Assembly (NCBI GenBank): GCA_017512495.1 | Contig: JAFWGF010000041.1 | Location: forward strand, 5,773 to 69,772 | Length of the DNA stretch: 64,000 bases | Direction of reading: 5' to 3' | From: Bacilli bacterium | Lineage (GTDB): Bacteria; Bacillota_I; Bacilli_A; RF39; UBA660 | Program-made: the position numbers and the translations under genes | The notes under the pieces: model-generated | Database searches by the model: none | Seen by the model: only the letters and a program-made list of their open reading frames with translations | Told to the model about the DNA's origin: nothing | In this document: positions 55,618 through 64,000 of the stretch, piece after piece | Layout: every line of letters starts with the position of its first letter | Position numbering within the stretch: the first letter of the stretch is position 1

Positions 55618-56011
55618 ATATAAAAAAAGAATTTCTAAATATACAAATTTAGAAATAATAGAAATAAAAGATGAAGGTTTAGTAGAAGAGAAGAAAGCTA
55701 TTGAATTAGAAGCCTCTAAGATAGAAAAACATATTAGTGATAAAGATTATATAATCACTTTAGAAATAGAGGGAAAAGAGTATTCTTCACCAGAATTTGC
55801 TGAAAAAATAAGAAATATTTTAATTGAAAATAGTAATATTACTTTTATAATTGGTGGTAGTTATGGATTATCTGATTCAATAAAGAATAAATCTAATCTA
55901 CATTTATCTTTTTCAAAGTTAACTTTTCCTCATCAATTATTTAGAGTAATTCTCTTAGAACAAATATATAGAGCATATAAAATAAATAATAATGAAAGTT
56001 ATCATAAATAG
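55556..56011 (+). CDS. rlmH: 23S rRNA (pseudouridine1915-N3)-methyltransferase RlmH
   Basis: MIKIISVGFIKEKYLKEALAEYKKRI, FIIGGSYGLS and SKLTFPHQLFRVILLEQIYRAY; 151 aa. AGAAGG lies 8 nt upstream. Confidence 0.93.
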   Translation: MIKIISVGFIKEKYLKEALAEYKKRISKYTNLEIIEIKDEGLVEEKKAIELEASKIEKHISDKDYIITLEIEGKEYSSPEFAEKIRNILIENSNITFIIGGSYGLSDSIKNKSNLHLSFSKLTFPHQLFRVILLEQIYRAYKINNNESYHK

Positions 56012-56025
56012 AAAAGAGTGATAAA

Positions 56026-56688
56026 ATGATTGGAAATGATTGGGATGTCTTATTAAAAGATGAATATAATAAAGAATATTTTCAGAATTTATTAGAGTTC
56101 ATAAAGAAAGAATATCAAGAAAAAACTATTTATCCTAAGCAAAACGAAGTATTTAATGCTTTTAGATATACTTCTTTTGATAATGTAAAAGTAGTAATTC
56201 TAGGACAAGATCCTTATCATGGTCCTAATCAGGCTGAAGGGTTATCTTTTTCAGTAAGTAATGAAGTTCTAAAACCACCTTCATTGCAAAATATATTTAA
56301 GGAATTAGAAACTGACTTAGGAATACCTTTTCCTAAGAGTAATTCTTTAAAACCATGGGCTAGACAAGGTGTTTTATTATTAAATGCAGTATTGACAGTA
56401 GAGGAACATAAACCTACATCTCATAAAGATAAAGGATGGGAAATATTTACTGATGATGTAATAAAGATGCTTAATAAAAAAGAAGAACCAGTAGTATTTA
56501 TACTTTGGGGAGCTTATGCAAGAAATAAAAAAGCACTAATTACTAATCCAAAACATTTAATTATAGAATCAGCTCATCCATCACCTTTTTCTGCTAGAAA
56601 TGGATTCTTTGGTAGTAAACCATTTTCTAAGACTAATGAGTTTTTAAAAGATAATAATATTAAAGAGATAGATTGGAGAGTTGAGTAG
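56026..56688 (+). CDS. ung: Uracil-DNA glycosylase (family 1)
   Basis: VILGQDPYHGPNQAEGLSFS, GVLLLN and ESAHPSPFSA motifs. Confidence 0.95.
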   Translation: MIGNDWDVLLKDEYNKEYFQNLLEFIKKEYQEKTIYPKQNEVFNAFRYTSFDNVKVVILGQDPYHGPNQAEGLSFSVSNEVLKPPSLQNIFKELETDLGIPFPKSNSLKPWARQGVLLLNAVLTVEEHKPTSHKDKGWEIFTDDVIKMLNKKEEPVVFILWGAYARNKKALITNPKHLIIESAHPSPFSARNGFFGSKPFSKTNEFLKDNNIKEIDWRVE

Positions 56689-57434
56689 TGAAAAAGATAT
56701 TAAATAAGTTTTCAGATTATTACATTATATTTTGTGTGTATGCTTTAATAGGTTGGTTATATGAAGTATTCTGGATGTGGTTTGTAGTACCTCCTTATCA
56801 TTTTACAAATAGAGGTGTGTTATTCGGACCTTTTCTTCCAATTTATGGATTTGGATTACTAATATTGTTAGTTATGTTGCATAAATTTATGCAAAAAAAG
56901 CATAAAGCAACTAATTTTTTATACTTATCAATTTCAGTTATTACAGTAGTTACATTCATATATACTACTATTATTGAATATACAACACCTAAGATTCATC
57001 ATGTAAGTGATTATTTAAGTAGATACGGAATAGGTTTAGTAATTACAAATTTAATTGTTTTAGTAATTGCATACTATATTGTAAAAAACACTAAATCTAA
57101 AAAACTTAAAAATTTAGATTTAACAGTTATATTAGTTTTTTTACTTATCTGGATTATAACTACTTTAATAGAATATGTATCACATTTTGTAATGGATAAG
57201 TGTTTTCATATTATGTTATGGGATTATACAAAAGATTTTTTAAACATAAATGCTAGAGTAAATTGGGATGCTTCTAGAAACTTTGCAATTGGTGGAACAG
57301 TATTACTCTATACAGTACAACCATTATTAGAAAAAATGTTAAAAAGGATACCAAAAAACAGAAAGATATATATCACATTAATAATTGGAATCCCAATGTT
57401 AATAGATTTTATAGTCAATGTAATATTAAAATAG
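56688..57434 (+). CDS. Polytopic membrane protein, CmpB/DUF1113-like (putative ABC-transporter type IV family)
   Basis: YALIGWLYEVFWMWF...NRGVLFGPFLPIYGFG matches my recollection of the PF06541-type N-terminal signature. Confidence 0.5.
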   Translation: MKKILNKFSDYYIIFCVYALIGWLYEVFWMWFVVPPYHFTNRGVLFGPFLPIYGFGLLILLVMLHKFMQKKHKATNFLYLSISVITVVTFIYTTIIEYTTPKIHHVSDYLSRYGIGLVITNLIVLVIAYYIVKNTKSKKLKNLDLTVILVFLLIWIITTLIEYVSHFVMDKCFHIMLWDYTKDFLNINARVNWDASRNFAIGGTVLLYTVQPLLEKMLKRIPKNRKIYITLIIGIPMLIDFIVNVILK

Positions 57435-57444
57435 GGGAGTTATT

Positions 57445-57849
57445 ATGAAGAAATTAAAAATGCTTGGATTAATATTTATACTATTAGATATTATTCTTGT
57501 AGTACTTCAAACTTTTATGGAAATGGAAATTTCGTTAATATCATGTATAGTATTAGCTAGTTTATTTATAATTGGAGTATTTATGATTGAATTTCCATCA
57601 TTAAATTTTAAAGAAAACAAAAAAGGCTCAATAATAGCAATATTATTAGAACTTCCATTATTAGTATCAATATCATTTTGTATATATTGTGGTATTATAG
57701 GTATAGATTTTTGGGGACCAGCTTATGGTATTAGTGGTTTTCTTGTAATTGCTCTTGCTTATGGAGGAGAGTTTTATCCAATTACTATAATGTTTGTTAT
57801 TGGTTTTATTGCTAGTATAATAATGATAATAAGAATGAGAAAAAAATAA
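57445..57849 (+). CDS. Hypothetical small polytopic membrane protein
   Basis: 134 aa with four hydrophobic segments, co-directional and adjacent to the previous gene. I recognise no family. Confidence 0.45.
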   Translation: MKKLKMLGLIFILLDIILVVLQTFMEMEISLISCIVLASLFIIGVFMIEFPSLNFKENKKGSIIAILLELPLLVSISFCIYCGIIGIDFWGPAYGISGFLVIALAYGGEFYPITIMFVIGFIASIIMIIRMRKK

Positions 57850-57850
57850 A

Positions 57851-57875
57851 AATATCCACAAATTTTGTGGATATT
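57851..57875. terminator. Bidirectional terminator between convergent genes (membrane protein / pta)
   Basis: AATATCCACAA-att-TTGTGGATATT is flanked by A-runs and T-runs. Confidence 0.65.
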
Positions 57876-58863
57876 ATTTTTTGTTTTGTGCTTGAACAGC
57901 TGTTATGGCAACTACGCCAACTATATCTTCGGGACTACAGCCTCTAGACAAATCATTTACTGGAGCTGCAATACCTTGCGTTATTGGACCATAAGCTTCA
58001 GCTTTAGCTAATCTCTGAACTAATTTATAACCAATATTACCAGCATCTAAATCTGGGAAAATAAGAACATTTGCATGTCCAGCAATATCACTATCAGGGG
58101 CTTTGCTTTTAGCAACATCAGGAACAATTGCAGCATCTAATTGTAATTCTCCATCAATCTTATATTGTGGAAATCTTTCCTTAGCTATTTTAGTTGCTTC
58201 AACAACTTTATCAACATCAGCATGACTAGCGCTACCTTTAGTTGAATGAGAAAGCATTGCTACAATAGGTTCTTCTTCTACTAGTAGTTTAAAGCTTTCA
58301 GCACTACTAGCAGCAATAGAAGCAAGTTTTTCACTATTAGGATTTTGTTCAAGACCACTATCAGCAAAGATAAAAGTACCATTAGAACCATATTCACAAT
58401 TAGGAACAACCATTAAAAAGAAAGCAGATACTAAATCAACATTAGGAGCAGTTTTGATAATTTGTAATGCTGGTCTTAGAGTATTAGAAGTAGAATGACA
58501 TGCACCAGATACAGCACCATCAGCTCTACCATCTTTTATTAACATACAAGCAAAATACATATAATCTTCTAACATCAATTTTCTAGCTTCTTCTAAAGTC
58601 ATACCTTTTTCTTTACGAAGTTCAAATAATTTATTAGTAAGCTCTTCAGTTAATTCAGAAGTATTAGGATCAATAATAGTTGCTTTTTCTAGATTGAATC
58701 CTTTAGTTTTAATATCATCTGAACCAATAATAATTAAATTAGCTATATCTTCTTGTAATACTATTTCAGCAGCTTTTAATACTCTATCATCCATTGATTC
58801 AGGAAGAACAATGGTTTTCAAATCAGTTTTTGCACGTTCCTTTATATTTTCAATAAAATTCAT
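57874..58863 (-). CDS. pta: Phosphate acetyltransferase
   Basis: 329 aa. ...IVLPESMDDRVLKAAEI..., DGAVSGACHSTSNTLRPALQIIK, and PDLDAGNIGYKLVQRLA. Confidence 0.93.
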   Translation of the reverse strand: MNFIENIKERAKTDLKTIVLPESMDDRVLKAAEIVLQEDIANLIIIGSDDIKTKGFNLEKATIIDPNTSELTEELTNKLFELRKEKGMTLEEARKLMLEDYMYFACMLIKDGRADGAVSGACHSTSNTLRPALQIIKTAPNVDLVSAFFLMVVPNCEYGSNGTFIFADSGLEQNPNSEKLASIAASSAESFKLLVEEEPIVAMLSHSTKGSASHADVDKVVEATKIAKERFPQYKIDGELQLDAAIVPDVAKSKAPDSDIAGHANVLIFPDLDAGNIGYKLVQRLAKAEAYGPITQGIAAPVNDLSRGCSPEDIVGVVAITAVQAQNKK

Positions 58864-58877
58864 CGTCTCATCTCTTT

Positions 58878-59405
58878 CTATTTTTGATTTAAGATTTCAA
58901 ATATTTCTCTTTTTTCATTATTATAAAACTCTAATTTCTTATATCTTTTAAATAAAGCAATAATACTTGCTGGAAAAGATACTATTAGTTGATTAAAACT
59001 AACAACAGAATCATTATAAAATTTAATTGCTCCAATAATATTTTCTTCATTATCGTTTAGTTCTTCTAATATTTTAACTAAGGAATCACTCTTTAGTAAT
59101 TTTTCATTTTCATCAAGAATTTTAAATAATTCATTATAAATAATTTTTAATTGATTATGTTTTTCAAAATTATTAAGAGTATCATCAAAATTATCTAAAT
59201 CTTCTAAAAATTCTTTTATTTTTAATTCTTTTTTTACAATTGGTCTAGTTCTGATAAGTAAATCTTTCTTTTTATCAAGGTAAATATCAATATCTTCTTC
59301 AGCTTTATCAATTTTAATAATAGTTAATTGAAATCTATTATTAATAATTACAAAAATAAAAGCTAAAAATGAAATAATTACGATTATAAGTAAAATGGTT
59401 TCCAT
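58878..59405 (-). CDS. LemA family protein
   Basis: N-terminal TM, then the LemA C-terminal signature (ENIIGAIKFYNDSVVSFNQLIVSFPASIIALF). Confidence 0.7.
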   Translation of the reverse strand: METILLIIVIISFLAFIFVIINNRFQLTIIKIDKAEEDIDIYLDKKKDLLIRTRPIVKKELKIKEFLEDLDNFDDTLNNFEKHNQLKIIYNELFKILDENEKLLKSDSLVKILEELNDNEENIIGAIKFYNDSVVSFNQLIVSFPASIIALFKRYKKLEFYNNEKREIFEILNQK

Positions 59406-59456
59406 ATAATACCTCCATACTATTTAAATTATAACAAACTAACTAATATTATACAA

Positions 59457-59478
59457 TAAAAAGAGTCCTAAGACTCTC
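59457..59478 (-). terminator. Rho-independent terminator after the PBP gene
   Basis: AGAGTC-ttag-GACTCT on the minus strand, followed by a U-run; it overlaps the stop codon. Confidence 0.5.
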
Positions 59479-61432
59479 TATTTTTAGCATTAATTTCATC
59501 AAAAGTTGGATCACTATCTTGAGGTTCTGTTCCTTTTAAAAAATAGACTAATTTAGTATTTTTATTAATATCACTTGATACTTTACCAGAAATAGGATCA
59601 ACTAATATTCCAACTACATTATTAGGTTTTTCATACCAAGCATCTTTTTTGTCTTTTTCAATTTCTTCAACAGTCTTATACCAAATATTTTGTGCATATT
59701 TATAATCTGATTTAATTAATTCTTCATTTTTATCATGACCTACCCAAACTGCGCATACTAAATCTTTATTAAATCCTATATTCCAGTTATCACTTTTAGT
59801 AGTACCACTTTTTAAAGCATATTTATGTTGAAGTTTAGATTCTAAAGATATAGCTGTAGGATAATTGTAATCAATATAGGAAGAATCATAAGTAGCTGTT
59901 AAGATATTATTTAAAATAAAGACTAAACTAGGATTTAATACTAATTCTTTTTCATCTTGAGCTTTGTATAAAGTGTTTCCATTACCATCAATTACTTTAT
60001 TAATAAAATGAGGCTTTACTTTATAACCGCTATTGGCAAAAGCAGCATATCCAGCAGTCATACTTATTATGTTTATTTCGTTAGTACCTAAAGGTAAAGA
60101 AGCAACACTATCTAATTTTTCTTTTATTCCAACTCTTCTTGCTACATTAATTAAGGCATCATATCCTAAGAACATATGCGTCTTTATTGCATAAATATTT
60201 TCACTATAAGCAATAGCAGTAGCCATAGAAATAGGTTTATTACCATATTTATTATTATAATTATTAGGAGTATATGTTTTATTATTTTCGATAGGAAAAG
60301 TAGTTGGCTCACTAGTAAATTGAGAACTAGCAGTAAAACCGTTTTCTAAAGCAGCATAGTATAAATAAGGTTTCATAGTAGAACCAACCTGTCTTTTAGA
60401 ATCAGTTGCTCTATTAAAAGTAGATTTATTATAATCTCTACCTCCAACTAAAGCCATAATTCCTCCAGTATTAGGATTCATAATTACACTAGCTGTTTCT
60501 AATGGAGATTCCTCAGGAAAAGATTCTTTTATATTCTTTTCCAATATACTTTGAGCATTATAATCCATTGTTGTATATACTTTTAAGCCTTTTACTTCAC
60601 TATAGTTACTAGGAATAGCTGGAATACTCTTCAATTCTTCTAAAACAGCATCTTGATAATAGTTAATACTGGATAAATTATCTTTATCATCTTCTCCGAC
60701 TAAATTAATTTTTTCATTATAAGCATCATCTTTTTCTTGCTTACTAATTACTCCATTTTTTACTAAATTATTAAGTATTTGTAACTGTCTTTCTTTACAA
60801 GCATCATAATTAATAAAAGGTGAATAATTACTAGGAGCTTTAGGAATAGCAGTTAACATAGTAGCTTCTGCAAGATCTAATTTATTAGCAGATTTACCAA
60901 AATAGTATTTACTAGCATTCTCAATACCATATTTACCATGCCCATAATTAATAGTATTTAAATAACCTTCTAATATTTCTTTCTTACTATAATTAGCTTC
61001 TATTCTCATTGTATACCACATTTCATCCCATTTTCTTTTCCATGTTTTATCAAAATCTAAAAACAAGTTTTTAGCATACTGTTGAGTAATAGTAGATGCT
61101 CCTTGATTATTACTTTTATTAATAATATTAGTATATAAAGCTTTACCAATTCTTAAAAAATCAAAACCAAAATGTTTATAAAAATGCTTATCTTCAGTAT
61201 TAATAGTAGCTTTGATTAAATTATCACTAATATGATCTAAACCAACCCATTCTTTAGATTCACTACCTTTAAAGAAAGATTTATTATTTTTATCGTATAA
61301 AATAATATTATTGGCACTATTAATAACTATTTTAGGAGACATTTTAACATAGATAAAACAACCTATCACAGTAAGTACAATTAATAATATAGTTATTTTA
61401 AATAATTTGAGTATCCGTCCAAACCTTTTCAT
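59468..61432 (-). CDS. Class A penicillin-binding protein (glycosyltransferase 51 plus transpeptidase)
   Basis: GT51 motifs EDKHFYKHFGFD, GASTITQQYAKN and KKEILEGYLN. Transpeptidase motifs STMKP, SEN and KSGTT. N-terminal TM anchor. Confidence 0.9.
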   Translation of the reverse strand: MKRFGRILKLFKITILLIVLTVIGCFIYVKMSPKIVINSANNIILYDKNNKSFFKGSESKEWVGLDHISDNLIKATINTEDKHFYKHFGFDFLRIGKALYTNIINKSNNQGASTITQQYAKNLFLDFDKTWKRKWDEMWYTMRIEANYSKKEILEGYLNTINYGHGKYGIENASKYYFGKSANKLDLAEATMLTAIPKAPSNYSPFINYDACKERQLQILNNLVKNGVISKQEKDDAYNEKINLVGEDDKDNLSSINYYQDAVLEELKSIPAIPSNYSEVKGLKVYTTMDYNAQSILEKNIKESFPEESPLETASVIMNPNTGGIMALVGGRDYNKSTFNRATDSKRQVGSTMKPYLYYAALENGFTASSQFTSEPTTFPIENNKTYTPNNYNNKYGNKPISMATAIAYSENIYAIKTHMFLGYDALINVARRVGIKEKLDSVASLPLGTNEINIISMTAGYAAFANSGYKVKPHFINKVIDGNGNTLYKAQDEKELVLNPSLVFILNNILTATYDSSYIDYNYPTAISLESKLQHKYALKSGTTKSDNWNIGFNKDLVCAVWVGHDKNEELIKSDYKYAQNIWYKTVEEIEKDKKDAWYEKPNNVVGILVDPISGKVSSDINKNTKLVYFLKGTEPQDSDPTFDEINAKNRES

Positions 61433-61539
61433 AATAATCCTCCAGTCATTATTAGTATTAAAATAATACGGAAAATTATGTATAAAAAAAGATAATATTA
61501 TGTTATAATCATTACATTGAATTTGAAGTGGGTGATACT

Positions 61540-61890
61540 ATGTCAAAAATAGATATAGAAGTAACTATAAAAAATAGTGAAACTACTGATTCTTATAAAG
61601 TAAAAGCTATTGTCCAAGATAATAGTATTAAGTATAAAGAACCTGATGATACAACTGTTATATTTGATTATGTTGAAAATAAATTAATAAGAGAAAATGA
61701 TTTGATGAAAATGATTTATTATTTTAATGAGAAGAGTAGTGAAGATAGTATTATCTTAATAAAAGATTATAATCGGCATATAAATCTAAACATTATAACT
61801 GATAGAATAAGACGGAAAGATAATGATTTAGAAATAGAATTTGAAATAGATAAAGAAAAATTTTTATATAGAATAGAGGAAATAAAATGA
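61540..61890 (+). CDS. DUF1934 (YwiB-like) family protein
   Basis: Small beta-rich protein overlapping the start of argS by 4 nt, which is the usual context of DUF1934 in Firmicutes. The call rests mainly on context and size. Confidence 0.5.
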   Translation: MSKIDIEVTIKNSETTDSYKVKAIVQDNSIKYKEPDDTTVIFDYVENKLIRENDLMKMIYYFNEKSSEDSIILIKDYNRHINLNIITDRIRRKDNDLEIEFEIDKEKFLYRIEEIK

Positions 61891-63635
61891 GTATAATTAA
61901 AAAATTAGAGAAAGATATAAAAGATATTGTAAAAAAAGCAGGTTATGAAGTAGATAAATTACTATTAGAACCATCAAATAGAAGAGATTTAGGAGAATAT
62001 CAAATTAATAATGCGATGCAGTTAGCTAAGATTTATCATGAAAATCCTAGAGAAATAGCTGAAAAAATAGTTAAAGAATTAGAAAAAGATTCTAGATTTA
62101 TTAATTTAAATATTGCAGGACCAGGATTTATTAATATTACTTTAAGTGATGAATATACTTATGACTTTTTAAATGAAGTACATGAAGATATTCATAATAA
62201 TGTTGATAAAAAAGAACCTAAAAAGTTAATTGTTGATTATGGAGGAGCAAATGTAGCTAAAGCTTTACATGTAGGACATTTAAGAACTGGTAATATTGGA
62301 GAAGCACTAAAGAGATTAGCTTTATTATTAGGTTATGATGCATTAGGAGATGCTCACTTAGGTGACTATGGAAGACCATTAGGTTTAGTATTAAGAGAAA
62401 TAAAAGAAAGATATCCAGATTTAGCTTATTTTGATGAAAACTATACTGGAGATTATAGTGAAATAGAATTACCTATTACTAATAAAGATTTAGAGGAGAT
62501 ATATCCAGTAGCTTCTAATAAAGCAAAAGAAGATGAACAATACTTAGAAGAAGCTAGAGATATTACTGCTAGAATTCAAAGTCATGAAAGAGGTTACTAT
62601 GATTTATGGAAAAGAGTAGTAGATATTTCTAAAGAAGATATTAAAAAAACATATGATTCATTAAACGTTTCATTTGAAATTTGGAATGGTGAGGCCGATG
62701 AAATGGAATATTTTGATGAACTAAAAAAGATTTATGAAGATAAAAACTTATTAAAAGAAAGTGAAGGAGCCTTAGTAGTAGAAGTGGAAACTCCTGAAGA
62801 TAAAGCTCCTATGCCACCATTGTTATTCCTTAGAAGTAACGGAACAGCTTCATATGAAACGACAGATTTAGCAGCTATTTTAGAAAGAAAAATAAATTAT
62901 AATCCTGATGAAATATGGTATGTAGTAGATGCTAGACAAGCACTTCATTTTGAACAAACATTTAGAGCAGCCAGAAAAGCAGAATTAGTAAGTGATGATG
63001 TAGTTTTAGAACATGTAGGTAATGGAACTATGAATGGTAAAGATGGAAAACCATTTAAAACTAGAGATGGTGGAGTAATGAGTTTAAAAGCTTTAATGGA
63101 TTTAGTTTATGATGAAACATATAAAAAGATAAATAATGAATCTATTAAAGATTCTGAAAAAGAAGAAATTGCTAAAACAGTAGCAGTTGCTGCAGTAAAA
63201 TATGCAGATTTATTACCATATAGAGGAACAGATTATATCTTTGAATTAGAAAAATTCACTGATTTAGAAGGTAAAACAGGACCTTATCTATTATATTCAA
63301 CAATTAGAATGAGATCTTTGTTAAATAAAGCTAAGGAATTTAATGCAAAAAAGATAACTAAATTAAAAGGTAATTTTGAGAAAGATATTGCTTTAACAAT
63401 ATTAAATTTACCATTGGTATTAACTAGAGCAGTAGAAGCAAAAACACTAAATGAAATAGCAGAATACCTTTATAAATTAACATCTATATATAATTCTTTT
63501 TATGCTGAAAACAAGATAATTACTGAAGAAGATACTGAATTAAGAGATTCTTGGATAGTTCTAACAGAAACTGTTTATAATATAAACATGTTGCTTTTAG
63601 ATATCTTAGGAATAAAAGTACCTGAAAAAATGTAA
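61887..63635 (+). CDS. argS: Arginine--tRNA ligase
   Basis: 582 aa. HIGH-type motif (KALHVGHLRTGNIGEA), a DALR anticodon-binding region, and a terminal methionine (...VPEKM) typical of ArgS. Confidence 0.93.
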   Translation: MSIIKKLEKDIKDIVKKAGYEVDKLLLEPSNRRDLGEYQINNAMQLAKIYHENPREIAEKIVKELEKDSRFINLNIAGPGFINITLSDEYTYDFLNEVHEDIHNNVDKKEPKKLIVDYGGANVAKALHVGHLRTGNIGEALKRLALLLGYDALGDAHLGDYGRPLGLVLREIKERYPDLAYFDENYTGDYSEIELPITNKDLEEIYPVASNKAKEDEQYLEEARDITARIQSHERGYYDLWKRVVDISKEDIKKTYDSLNVSFEIWNGEADEMEYFDELKKIYEDKNLLKESEGALVVEVETPEDKAPMPPLLFLRSNGTASYETTDLAAILERKINYNPDEIWYVVDARQALHFEQTFRAARKAELVSDDVVLEHVGNGTMNGKDGKPFKTRDGGVMSLKALMDLVYDETYKKINNESIKDSEKEEIAKTVAVAAVKYADLLPYRGTDYIFELEKFTDLEGKTGPYLLYSTIRMRSLLNKAKEFNAKKITKLKGNFEKDIALTILNLPLVLTRAVEAKTLNEIAEYLYKLTSIYNSFYAENKIITEEDTELRDSWIVLTETVYNINMLLLDILGIKVPEKM

Positions 63636-63742
63636 AAAAGTGTTGCCAAGAAATAATATATATGTTATAAAAGTTATTGGATTTTATAAATACACGAAAA
63701 AAACTATAAAACATATAATGTTTTGACATAGGAGGTCTTTGT

Positions 63743-64000
63743 ATGAGCTTAAAAGCATTAAAAAAAGAGGAACTTGAATCACTATCTAGTAAAGATGTTG
63801 CATATATGATATTAGAGAATAGTAAGAGAAAGTTAAATACTGCAGATTTATTCAAGAAAGTAATTACTTTAATGGAATTACCTGAAAGTACTTTTGAAAA
63901 GAAAGTAGCAGATTTTTATACTTCTTTATCAACTGATAAAAGATTTATCTTATTAGAAAACGGTAAATGGGATTTAAGAAATAATCATACTTCAGATAAA
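63743..64000 (+). CDS. rpoE: DNA-directed RNA polymerase subunit delta (5' part, runs off the window)
   Basis: Not in the ORF track. ATG at 63743 with GGAGG 6 nt upstream gives MSLKALKKEELESLSSKDVAYMILENSKRKLNTADLFKKVITLMELPESTFEKKVADFYTSLSTDKRFILLENGKWDLRNNHTSDK. This matches the RpoE N-terminal domain pattern (...FYT.L..DgRFi.l..g.W.LR). Confidence 0.8.
   Translation, partial: MSLKALKKEELESLSSKDVAYMILENSKRKLNTADLFKKVITLMELPESTFEKKVADFYTSLSTDKRFILLENGKWDLRNNHTSDK

Noticed and set aside
57851-57875. ATATCCACA / TGTGGATAT, a DnaA-box-like inverted pair.
   Set aside because: It forms the stem of a bidirectional terminator between convergent genes 27 kb from oriC, and no other boxes are nearby. 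The resemblance is most simply coincidental.
1-64000. Alternative genetic code (UGA as Trp, Mollicute-like), considered because of the very low GC content and the small SRP RNA.
   Set aside because: All conserved genes are full length under the standard code, Trp is encoded by TGG, and TGA closes frames where expected (for example 30538-30540 before rnpA and the comK stop).
1-64000. Prophage, integrative element, transposon or defence island.
   Set aside because: I found no integrase, transposase, recombinase, tRNA attachment site, restriction-modification, cas or other recognisable defence gene. The accessory content is limited to small insertions between conserved housekeeping genes.

Overview
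This is a very AT-rich chromosomal replication-origin region from a low-GC Firmicute with Bacillus-type gene order. All genes read cleanly with the standard bacterial code, so no UGA-Trp reassignment is needed. oriC sits between divergent dnaA (minus strand) and rpmH (plus strand) at about 30.1-30.35 kb. A second DnaA-box cluster lies between dnaA and dnaN. Nearly every gene left of oriC is on the minus strand and nearly every gene right of it is on the plus strand. Left arm, read away from oriC: dnaA, dnaN, comK-like, recF, gyrB, gyrA, a repeat array, small SRP RNA, tadA, dnaX, ybaB, recR, bofA-like, holB, ricT/yaaT, trmN6-like, rsmI, pth, mfd, an orphan, metG with a Met T-box leader, tatD, a sipW cluster, frameshifted ksgA/rsmA, a 3-gene accessory cassette, yabG, veg, spoVG, yabP (partial). 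Right arm: rpmH, rnpA, yidC, jag/khpB, an inserted surface-protein gene, mnmE, mnmG, rsmG, noc-like, soj/parA, spo0J/parB, mscS-like, DUF951, abgT-like, a 566-aa secreted protein, ychF, pgeF-like, a minus-strand zinc-ribbon membrane protein, rpsF, ssb, rpsR, a 335-aa paralog of the 566-aa protein, a DHH phosphoesterase, rplI, replicative helicase, an M23/LysM/G5 peptidase, a WalJ-like MBL hydrolase, an orphan, rlmH, ung, two membrane proteins, then minus-strand pta, lemA and a class A PBP, then DUF1934, argS and rpoE (partial). I found no integrase, transposase, CRISPR array, rRNA or tRNA. The most notable signal is an intergenic tandem array at 20890-21183. It has five units of about 63 bp, and each unit carries one ParB-type parS palindrome (TGTTTCACGTGAAACA/G) and one Noc-binding-site-type palindrome (TATTTCCNNGGAAATA) in strict alternation. 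The same window encodes a ParB and a Noc-like paralog. The Noc-like protein has no room for an N-terminal membrane-targeting helix and carries a long acidic insertion. Other points worth a second look:
- A signal-peptide-less protein with an anthrax-lethal-factor-like HExxH domain, in an accessory cassette.
- A SipW cluster plus dispersed paralogous secreted proteins.
- A 1-nt frameshift in ksgA.
- A gene flanked by a duplicated terminator/promoter module.
- A minimal SRP RNA.
- An apparently non-canonical rnpA start codon.
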